Source: Alphaproteobacteria bacterium
GTDB taxonomy: Bacteria; Pseudomonadota; Alphaproteobacteria; GCA-2731375
DNA length: 64,000 bases
Direction: 5' to 3'
NCBI GenBank assembly: GCA_965225945.1
Contig: CBDDBZ010000030.1
Location: forward strand, 1-64,000
In this document: positions 38,901-50,324 of the stretch, in pieces
Numbering within the stretch: the stretch's first letter is position 1
How the letters are laid out: each line of letters begins with the position of its first letter
Program-made: the position numbers and the translations under genes
The notes under the pieces: model-generated
The model's database searches: none
What the model saw: only the letters and a program-made list of their open reading frames with translations
Told to the model about the DNA's origin: nothing

Positions 38901-40072
38901 TGGCTGAGCTTCTCGCAGACCCGCTCCAGGGCGAGCATCGCTTCCTCGACCTGGGCCTCCTCGATGGTCAAGGGCGGCAGGAAGCGAACCACATTGTCGC
39001 CCGCCGGCACCGCCAGCACGCCCTCCTCGCGCAGCGCGGCGACCACGTCGGTATGGGTCGGCTTGGTCTTGAAGCCGACGAAGAGGCCGCGCGCGCGGAC
39101 GTCCTCGATGACGCTGTCGTTGCGCTGGCGCAGACCCTCCAGCCGGTCGGCCAGCTTGGCGCCAATTCGCTGGACATGGTCTAGGAAGCCCTCCTCCAGC
39201 AGCACGTCGAGCACCGCGTTGCCCGCCGCGACGGCCATCGGGTTGCCGCCATAGGTCGAGCCGTGGGTACCCGCCACCATGCCCTTGGCGGCGTCGGTCG
39301 TCGCCATGCAGGCACCGAGCGGGAAGCCGCCGCCGATGCCCTTGCCGAGGGTGACGATGTCCGGGCTGGCGCCGGTCCATTCATGCGCCAACAGCTTGCC
39401 GGTCCGGCCCATGCCGCTCTGCACCTCGTCGAGGATCAGCAGCAGGCCGTGCTCGTCGCACAGAGCGCGCAGGCCCTCCAGCAGCCCATCGGGCAGGATG
39501 TTGATGCCGCCCTCGCCCTGCACCGGCTCGATCATGATCGCCGCCGTCGCCTCGCCGATCGCCGCCCGGGTCGCCGCCAGATCGTCCCAGGGGACGTGAT
39601 CGAAGCCGTCCACCTTCGGCCCGAAGCCGTCCAGGATCTTGGCCTGGCCGGTCGCCGCCATGGTGGCCAGCGTGCGGCCGTGGAAGCAGTTCTCGAAGGT
39701 GATGACGCGGAAGCGTTCCGGCCGGCCGTCGACGTGGTGATAGCGTCGGGCCATCTTGATCGCGCATTCGTTCGCCTCGGCGCCCGAATTTGCGAAGAAC
39801 ACGGTGTCGGCGAAGCTGTTGGCGGTCAGCCGGTCGGCCAGGCGCTCCTGGCCGGGGATTCGATAGAGATTGGAGACGTGCATCAGCTCGCCCGCCTGGC
39901 GCCGGAGCTCGGCGACCAGGTGGGGATGGCTATGGCCGAGGCAAACCACGGCGATTCCGGTGGCGAAATCGAGATAGCGCGCCCCCTGGTCGTCCCAGAG
40001 ATAGGCGCCCTCGCCCTTCACGAACGCGACGTCCGTGCGGGCATAGGTCGGAAGCACGGCGGATGTGACCAC
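38897..40072 (-). CDS. argD: Acetylornithine aminotransferase
   Basis: Motifs [40 protein letters not shown]. Confidence 0.95.
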   Translation of the reverse strand: MVTSAVLPTYARTDVAFVKGEGAYLWDDQGARYLDFATGIAVVCLGHSHPHLVAELRRQAGELMHVSNLYRIPGQERLADRLTANSFADTVFFANSGAEANECAIKMARRYHHVDGRPERFRVITFENCFHGRTLATMAATGQAKILDGFGPKVDGFDHVPWDDLAATRAAIGEATAAIMIEPVQGEGGINILPDGLLEGLRALCDEHGLLLILDEVQSGMGRTGKLLAHEWTGASPDIVTLGKGIGGGFPLGACMATTDAAKGMVAGTHGSTYGGNPMAVAAGNAVLDVLLEEGFLDHVQRIGAKLADRLEGLRQRNDSVIEDVRARGLFVGFKTKPTHTDVVAALREEGVLAVPAGDNVVRFLPPLTIEEAQVEEAMLALERVCEKLSQ

Positions 40073-40394
40073 GTCTCTGCTCCAATCAAAAACGCGGCGC
40101 CGGGAGCGCCGCAGAGCCTACGGGAACCGGTAAATAAGCGGCCCGAGACGGCGAATGTCAACCATGCGCTCGCCGGCTATTCCACCCGCGCCGAGGCCGC
40201 CTGCGACGCCACGTCTCTCATGCGAGAGTGACCAAGCAATCCGGATGGACAGACGTGCATCGACAGGAGGCGCAAAAACGGCTTGACCCGAGAAGCGGAA
40301 TTAGACGACCCATGGATGGTACCCGCGGGCGTGGTCGGGCCGGCGGAGCGGGCCGGCTTCAAGGCCTTTCGAGTTTGACTCCGAGGATAGGGTG

Positions 40395-40661
40395 ATGGGC
40401 AAGAAGATTCTGATCCATCTCTTGTTGATTGCGATCCCGTTCCTGGTCTGGTTCGCCTATGCCTGGCTGCGCCAGCGGGCCAAGGCGCGGGGCCAGGTCT
40501 GGCGGGACGCGCCGTTCCTGGCTCTGCTGGCGATCGGGCTCGCGATCTCGACCGGGGCGCTTTTCTTACTCGACGCCTTTGAAGGCGCGCCTCCGGGCAG
40601 CACCTATGTGCCGGCCCATGTCGACGAGCAGGGGGAGATCGTGCCCGGCCGTTTCGAATGA
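40395..40661 (+). CDS. Small two-TM membrane protein (DUF6111-like)
   Basis: Two hydrophobic stretches and C-terminal YVPA....G.IVPG.F. Coupled to the cca gene. Confidence 0.65.
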   Translation: MGKKILIHLLLIAIPFLVWFAYAWLRQRAKARGQVWRDAPFLALLAIGLAISTGALFLLDAFEGAPPGSTYVPAHVDEQGEIVPGRFE

Positions 40662-41890
40662 ATACGCGCAGATGCGACGGCGCGCTCGCGACCCGGATCC
40701 CGCCGCCCGCCTGGATGCGGACCCGGTCCTGCCGAGCGGTGATGCGGGCGCTCATGGCCGAGGGCCACGTCGCCCGCTTCGTCGGCGGCTGCGTCCGCGA
40801 CACCATCGCCGGCCGCCCGGTCCACGACGTCGACATCGCCACCACGTCGCCCCCGCGGGTGAACGTCCGCCTGCTGGGCGCGGCCGGCATCAAAGTGGTG
40901 CCGACGGGACTCGGGCACGGCACGGTGACGGCGGTGAGCCGGGGCACCCCTTACGAGGTGACGACGCTCCGCGTCGACGTCGAGACCTTCGGCCGCCACG
41001 CCCGGGTCGCCTATACCGAGGATTGGCGGGCCGACGCGACGCGGCGCGACTTCACCATGAACGCTCTCTACGCCGATGGCCGGGGTCGGGTGTTCGACTG
41101 GTTCGGCGGCATCGAGGATCTCGCGGCCGGGCGAGTGCGCTTCGTCGGCGAGGCCGACCTCCGAATCGCCGAGGATCGCCTCAGGGTGCTGCGCTACTTC
41201 CGCTTTCACGCCTGCTACGGCCGAGGCCGGGCGGATGGCCGGGCCCTAATAGCCTGCCGGCGGGCGGCGGGCACGCTGGGCGAATTGTCGGGCGAGCGAA
41301 TCCGCCAAGAGCTGCTGAAGTTGCTGGCGGCAGCCCGCCCCGCCCCCGCGCTCCGCCTGATGATCCGCCTTGGCCTCTTGGGCGAGGTGATCGCGGCCCC
41401 GATCGACCTCGAAGCGCTCGCCCGGTTGCGCCGGCTGGAGCCCGACCCGCCCGACCCGCTGTTGCGCCTGGCCGCTCTGATGCGTGGCCAAGGCGCGGCG
41501 ACGGGCGCGCGAGTGGCGGCGCGGCTGCGCCTCTCCAGTCGCCAGCGCGATCGCCTGCTCGCTTTGCTGGCGCCCGAGAACGCGATTTCGGCGCGGGCCG
41601 GGGTCGCTGAGACCCGGCGGCTGGCGCACCGTCTGGGGCCGGAGCTGGCGCTGGATCTGGCCCGTCTCGCCGGCGCCGGGCGGGCGGCGCGGGTCGCCAG
41701 CGAGACACCGCCCCCGCCGTTTCCCCTGAGGGGTCGGGACATCCGCGTCCTCGGCCTCGCCTCGGGCCCGGCGATCGGCGAGCTGCTGGCCGAGATCGAG
41801 GCCTGGTGGATCGACGACGACTTCCGGCCCGACCGCCGCGCCTGTCTGTCGCGGCTGCGCGAAATCGTGACCTCGCGACGTGCGGGATAA
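40658..41890 (+). CDS. cca: CCA tRNA nucleotidyltransferase / poly(A) polymerase family
   Basis: Motifs VGGCVRD, DVDIAT, RRDFTMNA, ED.LR.LR.FRF, ERI..E. Confidence 0.9.
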   Translation: MNTRRCDGALATRIPPPAWMRTRSCRAVMRALMAEGHVARFVGGCVRDTIAGRPVHDVDIATTSPPRVNVRLLGAAGIKVVPTGLGHGTVTAVSRGTPYEVTTLRVDVETFGRHARVAYTEDWRADATRRDFTMNALYADGRGRVFDWFGGIEDLAAGRVRFVGEADLRIAEDRLRVLRYFRFHACYGRGRADGRALIACRRAAGTLGELSGERIRQELLKLLAAARPAPALRLMIRLGLLGEVIAAPIDLEALARLRRLEPDPPDPLLRLAALMRGQGAATGARVAARLRLSSRQRDRLLALLAPENAISARAGVAETRRLAHRLGPELALDLARLAGAGRAARVASETPPPPFPLRGRDIRVLGLASGPAIGELLAEIEAWWIDDDFRPDRRACLSRLREIVTSRRAG

Positions 41891-41894
41891 GGAC

Positions 41895-42449
41895 TCAGTT
41901 GCCGGCCTTGATTAGGCGGCCCTTGGCGCTGCGGACGGTGGTGCCGTCGACGATGCGGAGAAATTCCAGCTTCATGAAGCCGCCGGTGAGCGTGCGGCGA
42001 TAGACCTGTAGCTCCGCTCGCCCGTCGGCGGCGATCTGCATCACGTTCACCACCAGGGTCTGGCCGTCGATATAAGCCCAGGCGTAGGCGCCGTCGTCGA
42101 GCAACGGATCGCGCGACGGCCCGGCCCGCCAGACGCCGGCACGGACCGGCTGGAAGTCGAGGGTGGTCTCCTTCAGGACCTCGGTCGGGTTGCTCGGGTC
42201 GCCCTTTTGGCGCTGCACGGTACGCCAGGCGAGGGTGAAGCCGCCGCCCGACGATCGGACCTCGACGCCGATGTCGCGCGCCGTCAACTGGAAGTTGACG
42301 CTGATCCGGCTTTCGGAGATGGCGTTGCCTTGCCACGTGCCGAAGAAGGCGGCGATCGGCGCTGGTGCCGCCATCGCCTGGCCGGCCCCACCGGCGACGA
42401 GGCCGAGAATGACGACGAGCGCCACCGCGCCCTGGTTCCGGGTCCGCAT
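41895..42449 (-). CDS. Secreted hypothetical beta-rich protein
   Basis: Signal peptide ending in AMA; the mature part starts F.G.W.G. Confidence 0.7.
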   Translation of the reverse strand: MRTRNQGAVALVVILGLVAGGAGQAMAAPAPIAAFFGTWQGNAISESRISVNFQLTARDIGVEVRSSGGGFTLAWRTVQRQKGDPSNPTEVLKETTLDFQPVRAGVWRAGPSRDPLLDDGAYAWAYIDGQTLVVNVMQIAADGRAELQVYRRTLTGGFMKLEFLRIVDGTTVRSAKGRLIKAGN

Positions 42450-42497
42450 CCGTTCTCTCCCTGAAAATCGAGCCCGCAGTGTAGCCAAGCGCCGGCG

Positions 42498-43352
42498 TCA
42501 GGGCCAGGCGACGTCGGGCGGCAGCGACATCAGGATCGCCTCGGCGTTGCCGTCGGTCCGCAGGCCGAAGCGCGTGCCCCGGTCGTAAAGCAGATTGAAC
42601 TCGACGTAGCGACCGCGACGGAAGCGTTGATGGGCCCGCTCCTCGGCGCTCCAGCTCCGTTCCATGTGGCGGCGGACCAGCACGGGATAGACCTCTTGGA
42701 AGGCCCGCCCGACGTCGCGGGTGAAGGCGAAGTCCGCCTCCCAGTCGCCGCTGTCGAGATCGTCGTAGAAGATACCGCCCACGCCGCGCGGCTCGTCGCG
42801 GTGCGGCAACCAAAAATATTCGTCGCACCACTTGGAGAATCGAACGTAGTAGTCGGCGCCGTGCGCGTCGCAGGCGGCGCGAAGGCTTGCGTGGAAGCGG
42901 GCGGTGTCGCCGTCGTCGGGGGTGATCGGGTTCAGATCGGCGGCGCCGCCGAACCACGATTTGGTGGTGACGATATGGCGCGTGTTCAGGTGCGCCGGCG
43001 GCACGTGCGGCGAGCGGGGATGCATCACCACGCTGATGCCGCTGGCCCAGAAGCGGGCATCCGCCTCGGCCCCTGGAATCTCCTTGGCGAAGGGTTCCGA
43101 GAAGACGCCATGGACGGTCGAGATGTTCACACCCGCCTTCTCGAAGACCCGGCCATGCAGCATCGACATCTCGCCGCCGCCGCCGCCCTCCCGCGACCAG
43201 GCCTCGGCTTCGAAGATGCCCGGCGCCAGCCGCTCGGCCTCGGGCACCGCGTAGTCGCGCTCGATTTCCTCGAAGCTCGCCACCAGATCGTCGCGAAGCT
43301 CGCGAAACCAGCTCCGGGCCGCCTTCTGGCGCGGGGTTTCCTCGGGTTCCAT
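42498..43352 (-). CDS. hemF: Oxygen-dependent coproporphyrinogen III oxidase
   Basis: Motifs FEKAGVN.S.V.G, WFGG..DL.P, RGVGGIF.D, RGRYVEFNL.YDRGT.FGL. Confidence 0.97.
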   Translation of the reverse strand: MEPEETPRQKAARSWFRELRDDLVASFEEIERDYAVPEAERLAPGIFEAEAWSREGGGGGEMSMLHGRVFEKAGVNISTVHGVFSEPFAKEIPGAEADARFWASGISVVMHPRSPHVPPAHLNTRHIVTTKSWFGGAADLNPITPDDGDTARFHASLRAACDAHGADYYVRFSKWCDEYFWLPHRDEPRGVGGIFYDDLDSGDWEADFAFTRDVGRAFQEVYPVLVRRHMERSWSAEERAHQRFRRGRYVEFNLLYDRGTRFGLRTDGNAEAILMSLPPDVAWP

Positions 43353-43834
43353 CACGACCTCCTATTCCCCCCCTCCGCCGGCGGAAAGCCGCCGGTCCGA
43401 CGCAACGCCTCGCCCAGCACCATGGCGGCCGCCACCACCACGTTGAGCGAACGCGCGCCCGGCCGCATCGGCACCCGGAGACGGGCATCCGCCGCCTCGT
43501 GCACGGCCGCCGGCACGCCCGAGCTCTCGCGGCCCAGCAGCAGGACGTCGCCGCGCGCGAAGGCGAAGCCCATGTAGATATCACTGGCACGGGTCGTCAA
43601 CAGGACGATTCGTCCCACCCTCCCCGCCCGCGCCGCCCGGAAGGCCTCCCAGTCGGCATGGCGGACGATCTCGGCCAAGGGCGCATAGTCCATCGCCGCC
43701 CGCCTCAGCTCGCGCTCGGTGAAGACGAAGCCGGCGGGCTCGATGACGTCGAGCGGTACGCCCAGGCAGGCGGCCAAACGGATCAGACCGCCGGTGTTTC
43801 CGGGAATGTCGGGTTGATAGAGCGCCAAGCGCAT
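43352..43834 (-). CDS. trmL: tRNA (cytidine/uridine-34 2'-O)-methyltransferase, SpoU family
   Basis: Motifs P.IP.NTG, RRA.MDY, G.ES.G, RSLN. Confidence 0.92.
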   Translation of the reverse strand: MRLALYQPDIPGNTGGLIRLAACLGVPLDVIEPAGFVFTERELRRAAMDYAPLAEIVRHADWEAFRAARAGRVGRIVLLTTRASDIYMGFAFARGDVLLLGRESSGVPAAVHEAADARLRVPMRPGARSLNVVVAAAMVLGEALRRTGGFPPAEGGNRRS

Positions 43835-43999
43835 TTCGTCCCTTACCTTTCACCCATGGCCAGCCGGTCGGCGGCATCGATCGGGCTCGGCACGCGCTGC
43901 GTCATCGCGTCGCAGCACGGGCGTCGGGTAGACAAATCCTTGGCAGCATGACAAATAAACCCGCCTGAGGATCCATGCAGGACATCTGGGGGTGTGATC

Positions 44000-44518
44000 A
44001 TGGCGGATGATGGCGTCACGCGCCGCGACTTCATCTATGTCGCCGCCGTCGGGATGGGCGCGGTCGGCACCGGGCTCGCGGTCTGGCCGTTCGTGCATCA
44101 GATGAACCCGTCGCAGGACGTGCTTGCACTGTCCTCGATCGAGGTCGACATCTCAGGCATCGAGGTGGGGCAGGCGATCAAGCCGAAATGGCGAGGCAAG
44201 CCGGTCTTCATCCGCCGCCGCACCAAGAAGGAGATCGAGCAGGCCCGCGCCGTGCCGCTCGCCGACCTCCCCGATCCCGAGAGCGACCAGGACCGGGTCA
44301 AGAAGGACCGCGACGAATGGCTGGTACTGATCGGCGTCTGCACGCATTTCGGCTGCATACCCCTGGGCCAGCAGGGTGAGTACGGCGGCTGGTTCTGCCC
44401 CTGCCACGGCTCGCACTACGACACCTCCGGGCGGATCCGCAAGGGACCGGCGCCGCGCAACCTCGACGTGCCGCCATACCGGTTCAGCGAGGACGGCACC
44501 ACGATCTTGATCGGCTAG
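44000..44518 (+). CDS. petA: Cytochrome bc1 Rieske Fe-S subunit
   Basis: Tat signal RRDF, CTHFGC and CPCHGS. Confidence 0.96.
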   Translation: MADDGVTRRDFIYVAAVGMGAVGTGLAVWPFVHQMNPSQDVLALSSIEVDISGIEVGQAIKPKWRGKPVFIRRRTKKEIEQARAVPLADLPDPESDQDRVKKDRDEWLVLIGVCTHFGCIPLGQQGEYGGWFCPCHGSHYDTSGRIRKGPAPRNLDVPPYRFSEDGTTILIG

Positions 44519-44532
44519 GGAGACGCCGGCGC

Positions 44533-45777
44533 ATGCCCTTGTTCAACAACGACAATCCGGTCGTGAAGTGGATCGAGTACCGATTGCCGGTGTTCAGCTT
44601 CGTCGACGCCCACCTGATCGACTATCCGACCCCGAAGAACCTCAACTACTGGTACAACTTCGGCTCCATCGCCGGCATCATGCTGGTGGTGCAGATGGCC
44701 ACCGGGATCGTGCTGGCGATGCACTACCAGCCGCACGCCGATCTGGCCTTCGATTCCGTCGAGCACATCATGCGCGACGTGAACTACGGCTGGCTGATCC
44801 GCTACATGCACTCCAACGGCGCCTCGATGTTCTTCATCGCGGTCTACATCCATCTCTTCCGCGGGCTCTACTATGGCTCTTACAAGGCGCCGCGCGAGAT
44901 CCTCTGGTGGATGGGCATCGTCATCCTTTTTCTGATGATGGGGAGCGCCTTCATGGGCTACGTGCTGCCCTGGGGACAGATGAGCTTCTGGGGCGCCACC
45001 GTGATCACCAGCCTGTTCTCTGCCCTGCCGCTGGTCGGCGAGCAGATCGTGACCTGGCTGTGGGGCGGCTTCTCGATCGACAACCCGACGCTCAACCGCT
45101 TCTACAGCCTGCATTACCTGTTTCCCTTCGTGCTCTGCGGCGCGGTCTTCGTGCACCTGTGGGCGCTGCATCACCGCAAGTCGAACAACCCCACGGGCCT
45201 CGACATCAAGGGCCCCCAGGACACCATTCCCTTCCACCCCTACTACACGGTGAAAGACATCTACGGGATCGCCGTCTTCGGCATCTTCTTCAGCGTCTTC
45301 CTGTTCTTCATGCCGAACGCGCTGGGCGAGGTTGACAACTACATTAAGGCCGACCCGCTCTCGACGCCGGCCCATATCGTGCCGGAGTGGTACTTCCTGC
45401 CGTTCTACGCGATCCTCCGCTCGATCCCGCAAAAGCTGCTGGGCGTGATCGCCATGGGCGCCTCGCTGATGGTCCTCTTCGTGCTGCCCTGGCTCGATAC
45501 CAGCGGGGTCCGTTCGGCCACCTTCCGCCCGGTCTACAAGCAGCTCTTCTGGATCTTCTTCGTCACCTGCATCGTGCTGGGCGTGGTCGGCGCCAACCCG
45601 GCGGAGGGCATCTGGCTGGTGATCGGCCGGATCTTCACCGCCATCTACTTCCTGTTCTTCCTCGTCCTGCCGATCGTCGGCTGGCTCGAGCGGCCGAGAC
45701 CCTTGCCGGCGGGCATCGCCGAATCGGTGCTGGCGAATTCCGGTGGCGGCGAGGCCCTGAGCGAGGGGAGGGCATGA
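44533..45777 (+). CDS. petB: Cytochrome b
   Basis: Heme-ligating His residues, [14 protein letters not shown] and PEWY. Confidence 0.97.
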   Translation: MPLFNNDNPVVKWIEYRLPVFSFVDAHLIDYPTPKNLNYWYNFGSIAGIMLVVQMATGIVLAMHYQPHADLAFDSVEHIMRDVNYGWLIRYMHSNGASMFFIAVYIHLFRGLYYGSYKAPREILWWMGIVILFLMMGSAFMGYVLPWGQMSFWGATVITSLFSALPLVGEQIVTWLWGGFSIDNPTLNRFYSLHYLFPFVLCGAVFVHLWALHHRKSNNPTGLDIKGPQDTIPFHPYYTVKDIYGIAVFGIFFSVFLFFMPNALGEVDNYIKADPLSTPAHIVPEWYFLPFYAILRSIPQKLLGVIAMGASLMVLFVLPWLDTSGVRSATFRPVYKQLFWIFFVTCIVLGVVGANPAEGIWLVIGRIFTAIYFLFFLVLPIVGWLERPRPLPAGIAESVLANSGGGEALSEGRA

Positions 45778-46544
45778 TGGGCAGGTTCGGATTGTTCTTG
45801 GCCGCCGTTGGCCTGATGCTCGCGGGCGCGACCTCGGCCCCGGCCGCCGTCGAGTCACCGCCGCTCAGGAAGGCCGAACTGGCCCACATGAACCCCTTCG
45901 CCAGCTACGACCTGGCGGCGGTGCAACGCGGCTTCCAGGTCTATAACGAGGTCTGCGCAGCCTGCCACTCGGTGCAGTACCTCTACTACCGCAACCTCGG
46001 CGAGATCGGGCTTTCGGAAGCCGAGGTGAAGGCCATCGCCGCCGAGGCGACGGTGATGAACGAAGAAGCCAATGAGGACGGGGAGATGTTCGAGCGGCCG
46101 GGCAAGCCCTCGGACCGCATCGTCAAGCCGTTCGAGAACGATGCCGCGGCCCGGGCCGCCAACGGCGGCGCCCTGCCGCCGGACCTCTCGTTGATGGTCA
46201 AGGCCCGCAAGGGGCATGAGGACTACGTCTTTTCGCTCCTCACCGGCTACGCCGATCCACCGGCCGATCTCGAGATACGGGAGGGGATGAGCCACAATCC
46301 GTACTTCTCCGGTGGAATGATCGCCATGGCGCCGCCGTTGAGCGAGGACGCGGTCGAATACGCCGACGGCACCAAGGCGACGGTGGATCAGATGGCGCGC
46401 GATGTCGTCACTTTCCTCGCCTGGGCCTCCGAGCCGACCTTGGTCGAGCGGCGCCAGATGGGCACCAAGGTGATCATCTTCCTGGTGATCTTCTCGGCTC
46501 TGATGTACGCGGTGAAGCGCAAGGTCTGGGCCGACGTTCACTAG
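45774..46544 (+). CDS. petC: Cytochrome c1
   Basis: Signal peptide, CAACH, PPDLS and a C-terminal TM anchor. Confidence 0.96.
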   Translation: MMGRFGLFLAAVGLMLAGATSAPAAVESPPLRKAELAHMNPFASYDLAAVQRGFQVYNEVCAACHSVQYLYYRNLGEIGLSEAEVKAIAAEATVMNEEANEDGEMFERPGKPSDRIVKPFENDAAARAANGGALPPDLSLMVKARKGHEDYVFSLLTGYADPPADLEIREGMSHNPYFSGGMIAMAPPLSEDAVEYADGTKATVDQMARDVVTFLAWASEPTLVERRQMGTKVIIFLVIFSALMYAVKRKVWADVH

Positions 46545-46580
46545 GGGATTTCACCCCCCGATGGGGTCGGGCGCCCGGGC

Positions 46581-47162
46581 ATGATCCGCCCGCTCTACGA
46601 CTGGACGTTCCGGCTCGCCGGCCATCGCCGCGCGAGCTGGGCGCTGGTCGCCATCGCCGTGGCCGAAAGCTCGGTCTTCCCGATCCCGCCCGATCTGCTG
46701 CTGATACCGATGGTGTTGGCGGATCGTGCCCGGGCCTGGTGGCTGGCGACGATCTGCACCGTCTCATCGGTGCTGGGCGGCCTCGGCGGCTACTACATCG
46801 GCGCCTTCCTGTTCGAGGCGGTGGCCAAGCCGCTGCTCGAGTTCTATGGCCACGGCGCCGCCTTCGACGAGTTTCGCGCGCTGTACGGCGAGCACGGCGC
46901 CTGGGTAGTCTTCACTGCCGGGGTGACGCCCTTCCCTTACAAGGTCATCACCATCACCAGCGGCGTGGTGGCGCTGTCGCTGCCGACCTTCATCATCGCC
47001 TCGATCGTGGCCCGGGGGCTCCGTTTCTTCATCGTCGCGGGGCTCCTCTGGTGGTTCGGACCGCCCATTCGCGATTTCATCGAGAAGCGCCTGGGCCTGG
47101 TGTTCGTGGTCCTGTTGATCCTGCTCATCGGCGGCTTCGTGGCGGTCGAATGGCTCCTCTGA
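46581..47162 (+). CDS. YqaA/DedA (VTT domain) membrane protein
   Basis: Motifs ESS.FPIPPD, TPFPYK, RG.RF. Confidence 0.88.
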   Translation: MIRPLYDWTFRLAGHRRASWALVAIAVAESSVFPIPPDLLLIPMVLADRARAWWLATICTVSSVLGGLGGYYIGAFLFEAVAKPLLEFYGHGAAFDEFRALYGEHGAWVVFTAGVTPFPYKVITITSGVVALSLPTFIIASIVARGLRFFIVAGLLWWFGPPIRDFIEKRLGLVFVVLLILLIGGFVAVEWLL

Positions 47163-47586
47163 TAGCACTGGAGAAATCCCTCGACTCCCCCTCCCGCAGC
47201 CAATCATCGCGAAGCTACTATCCCATGGGTGGTTGCGTGGGAATGCGGCGAGCGGGGGAAGCGGCGGCTGCGGAGATCGCCATAATTCCAGATCGGCTAT
47301 TGCTTTTTGCCGCCGAGAGGCTAATTATCCCTCTGGTACGCGGTCGGTCGTGGCGACAGTCGATCGATTATTGCCTGGGCCGCTCCTCCAACCACCGGTA
47401 ACGATCCCTACGGCCCCGTCAGAACCGGCATCCATTCGCCGGGTCATCGCCAGCCCGGTTCATCGTCCCTCCGATCCACCCGACACGGTCGCTGCGGGGC
47501 GGACAAGCGAAAGCGGCGATCCGTCGCCTCGCCAAGCCGATCCTCCCAAAAGCCGATCCTCCCAAAGAACGTAACGGTATTTCCAA

Positions 47587-48843
47587 ATGCACCTCCAGGA
47601 ACTCAAGCGCAAAAACCCGACGGACCTGCTCTCCTATGCGGAGGAGCTGGAGGTCGAGAACGCGAGCTCGCTCAGGCGTCAGGACATGATGTTCGCGATC
47701 CTGAAGCAGCTCGCCGAAAAGAACGAGGAAATCACCGGTGGTGGCGTCCTGGAGGTTTTGCAGGACGGCTTCGGCTTCCTTCGGGCGCCGGAATCGAACT
47801 ATCTGCCGGGACCCGACGACATCTACGCCTCGCCCTCGCAGATCCGCCGCTTCGCGCTTCGCACCGGCGACACGGTCGAGGGCCAGATCCGCGCGCCGAA
47901 GGACGGCGAGCGCTATTTCGCCCTCCTCAAGGTCAACGAAATCAACTTCGAGGATCCCGAGGAGACCCGCCACAAGGTCCATTTCGACAGCCTGACACCG
48001 CTCTACCCCGACCAGCGGCTGGTGCTGGAGCGGACGGACGTGCCGGACGATGATTTGTCGGTCCGGGTCATCGACCTGACCTCGCCGATCGGCAAGGGCC
48101 AGCGAGGGCTGATCGTCTCGCCGCCCCGCACCGGCAAGACGGTGCTGTTGCAGAACATCGCCCACTCGATCAGCGCCAACCATCCCGAGGTCTTTCTGAT
48201 CGTGCTGCTGATCGACGAGCGGCCCGAGGAAGTGACCGACATGCAGCGCTCGGTCGACGGCGAGGTCATCAGCTCGACCTTCGACGAGCCGGCGCAGCGT
48301 CATGTGCAGGTGACGGAGATGGTGATCGAAAAGGCCAAGCGCCTGGTCGAGCACAAACGTGACGTGGTGATCCTGCTGGACTCGATCACCCGCCTGGCCA
48401 GGGCCTACAACACGGTGGTGCCGTCTTCCGGCAAGGTGCTGACCGGTGGCGTCGACGCCAACGCCCTGCAGCGCCCCAAGCGCTTCTTCGGCGCCGCCCG
48501 CAATATCGAGGAAGGCGGCTCCCTCACCATCATCGCCACGGCGCTGATCGACACCGGCAGCCGCATGGACGAGGTGATCTTCGAGGAGTTCAAGGGCACC
48601 GGCAATTCGGAGATCATTCTCGACCGCAAGCTCGCCGACAAGCGGACCTTTCCGGCCATGGACATCACCAAGTCGGGCACCCGCAAGGAGGAACTACTGG
48701 TCGACAAGGGCGAGCTCGCCAAGATGTGGGTGCTGCGCCGGATCCTCAATCCGATGGGCACGGTGGACGCCATCGAATTCCTGACCGACAAGCTGAAGGC
48801 GACCAAGAGCAACAAGGATTTCTTCGATTCGATGAATACCTGA
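47587..48843 (+). CDS. rho: Transcription termination factor Rho
   Basis: Motifs [28 protein letters not shown]. Confidence 0.98.
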   Translation: MHLQELKRKNPTDLLSYAEELEVENASSLRRQDMMFAILKQLAEKNEEITGGGVLEVLQDGFGFLRAPESNYLPGPDDIYASPSQIRRFALRTGDTVEGQIRAPKDGERYFALLKVNEINFEDPEETRHKVHFDSLTPLYPDQRLVLERTDVPDDDLSVRVIDLTSPIGKGQRGLIVSPPRTGKTVLLQNIAHSISANHPEVFLIVLLIDERPEEVTDMQRSVDGEVISSTFDEPAQRHVQVTEMVIEKAKRLVEHKRDVVILLDSITRLARAYNTVVPSSGKVLTGGVDANALQRPKRFFGAARNIEEGGSLTIIATALIDTGSRMDEVIFEEFKGTGNSEIILDRKLADKRTFPAMDITKSGTRKEELLVDKGELAKMWVLRRILNPMGTVDAIEFLTDKLKATKSNKDFFDSMNT

Positions 48844-48936
48844 TAGCGAGTTCCTGTTAAATTTGCTTCGCTTCGCTTCACGGGTACTTTTCACCGATCG
48901 ACACCCGAGGGACATGGCCCTCGAGGGCGCTTCCCC

Positions 48937-50184
48937 TCAGGCCGTCCGCATCAGTGCCGGCAGGTCGCCGGCCATGGCGCTCGCGCGGCGCTCGAAGAAG
49001 CGCTTCAGGGGTCCGATCCGCTGCACCGTGGCGAGGCCGAGGCCGCGGGCCAGGCGCAGGGGTCCGATATCGTTCGAAAACAACCGATTGAGCCCATCCG
49101 TCATCACCAACATGGCCAGCGCGTCGGCCCGCCGGTGGCGCTGATAGGCCTCCAGCCCCTCGGCCGCGCCGAGGTCGAGTCCGACCCGCGCCCGGTCCTT
49201 CAGGATCTCCACCAGCCAGGCGACGTCGCGATAGCCGAGATTGAGGCCCTGGCCCGCCAGGGGATGCATGGCATGCGCCGCGTCGCCCACCAGCACCAGG
49301 CGGCGGTCGATATAGCGCTCGGCATTGGAAAGGCCGAGGTGATGGCGCCACCGGGGACCGACCGGCTCGATCCGACCCAGATGATCGCCCGCGCGGTCCG
49401 CTACCTCGGAGCGGAACGCCGCGTCGTCGAGCTCGAGCATGGCCTCGGCCACGCCGGCGCGCTCGGTCCAGATCATGGAGGAGCGCCGATCCGTCATCGG
49501 CAGCAGGGCGAAGGGACCGCCGGAGAGAAAATGCTCCTTGGCGATGCCGTGGTGCGGTTCCGCGTGGCGCAGGGTGGCGACCAGCGCCGCTTGGGGATAG
49601 CGCCAGGCGAGACAATTGATCCCCGCCGCCTGGCGCAATTGCGAGCCACGCCCGTCCGCCGCCACCAATAGGGGCGCGCGGAGCACGCAGCCGTCGGCGA
49701 GCGTGAGCTCGACACCGTGAGGCCTGCGCGAGATGTCCCGGATTTCGACCGGCGCGAGCAGGCGGGCACCGTCGCTGGCCGCCACCGCGTTTTCCAACGC
49801 GGCGCGCAGATGACGGTTCTCCACCATGAAGCCGAAGGGCCGCTCGCCGACCTCGCGGTGGTCGAAATGGAGGAAGAACGGTGCCCGACCGTCGGCGACA
49901 CGGATCTCGAGGATCGGCTCGGCCACCGCTGCCAGCCCGCGCCAGACGCCGATCGCATTCAGCATGGTCTGAGTGCCGAGAGCAATGCTGGTGACCCGCC
50001 CGTCGAAGCCGCCCTCGGCGATCGCCGCCGGCGCCTGTCGCTCGACGACGATCGCTTCCAGCCCCGCCTCGGCCGCGGCCCGGGCCAGCGCCATGCCGAT
50101 CAGACCACCGCCGACGATCGCCAGATCGGCGCCGAGCACCCGCGTCGTGCCGCGTTTCGGCGCTTCGTTCGCGTTTCTGGCCAT
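48937..50184 (-). CDS. UbiH/UbiF/UbiL-family FAD-dependent ubiquinone hydroxylase
   Basis: Motifs GGGLIG, ADG..S, GDAAH..HP.AGQGLNLG.RD. Divergent from glnK, as ubiL often is in alphaproteobacteria. Confidence 0.9.
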   Translation of the reverse strand: MARNANEAPKRGTTRVLGADLAIVGGGLIGMALARAAAEAGLEAIVVERQAPAAIAEGGFDGRVTSIALGTQTMLNAIGVWRGLAAVAEPILEIRVADGRAPFFLHFDHREVGERPFGFMVENRHLRAALENAVAASDGARLLAPVEIRDISRRPHGVELTLADGCVLRAPLLVAADGRGSQLRQAAGINCLAWRYPQAALVATLRHAEPHHGIAKEHFLSGGPFALLPMTDRRSSMIWTERAGVAEAMLELDDAAFRSEVADRAGDHLGRIEPVGPRWRHHLGLSNAERYIDRRLVLVGDAAHAMHPLAGQGLNLGYRDVAWLVEILKDRARVGLDLGAAEGLEAYQRHRRADALAMLVMTDGLNRLFSNDIGPLRLARGLGLATVQRIGPLKRFFERRASAMAGDLPALMRTA

Positions 50185-50244
50185 GCGCCAGCTTCGCGCC
50201 CGCGCGCTCGCCTGTCCACCGTCGCGCAGGTCTCTTCGCGTCGC

Positions 50245-50290
50245 TGCCTATAATTCAGCACAAACCAAATTTACGCCTAACAAATGGGCA
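50245..50290. promoter_or_regulatory. Two degenerate NtrC-type enhancer sites for glnK-amtB
   Basis: tgcctataattcagca (50245-60) and cgcctaacaaatgggca (50274-90; GC-N11-GC), about 30 bp apart. Confidence 0.45.
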
Positions 50291-50324
50291 CAAAGTTGTC
50301 CATGGATGCCGGTCAAATAGCGCC

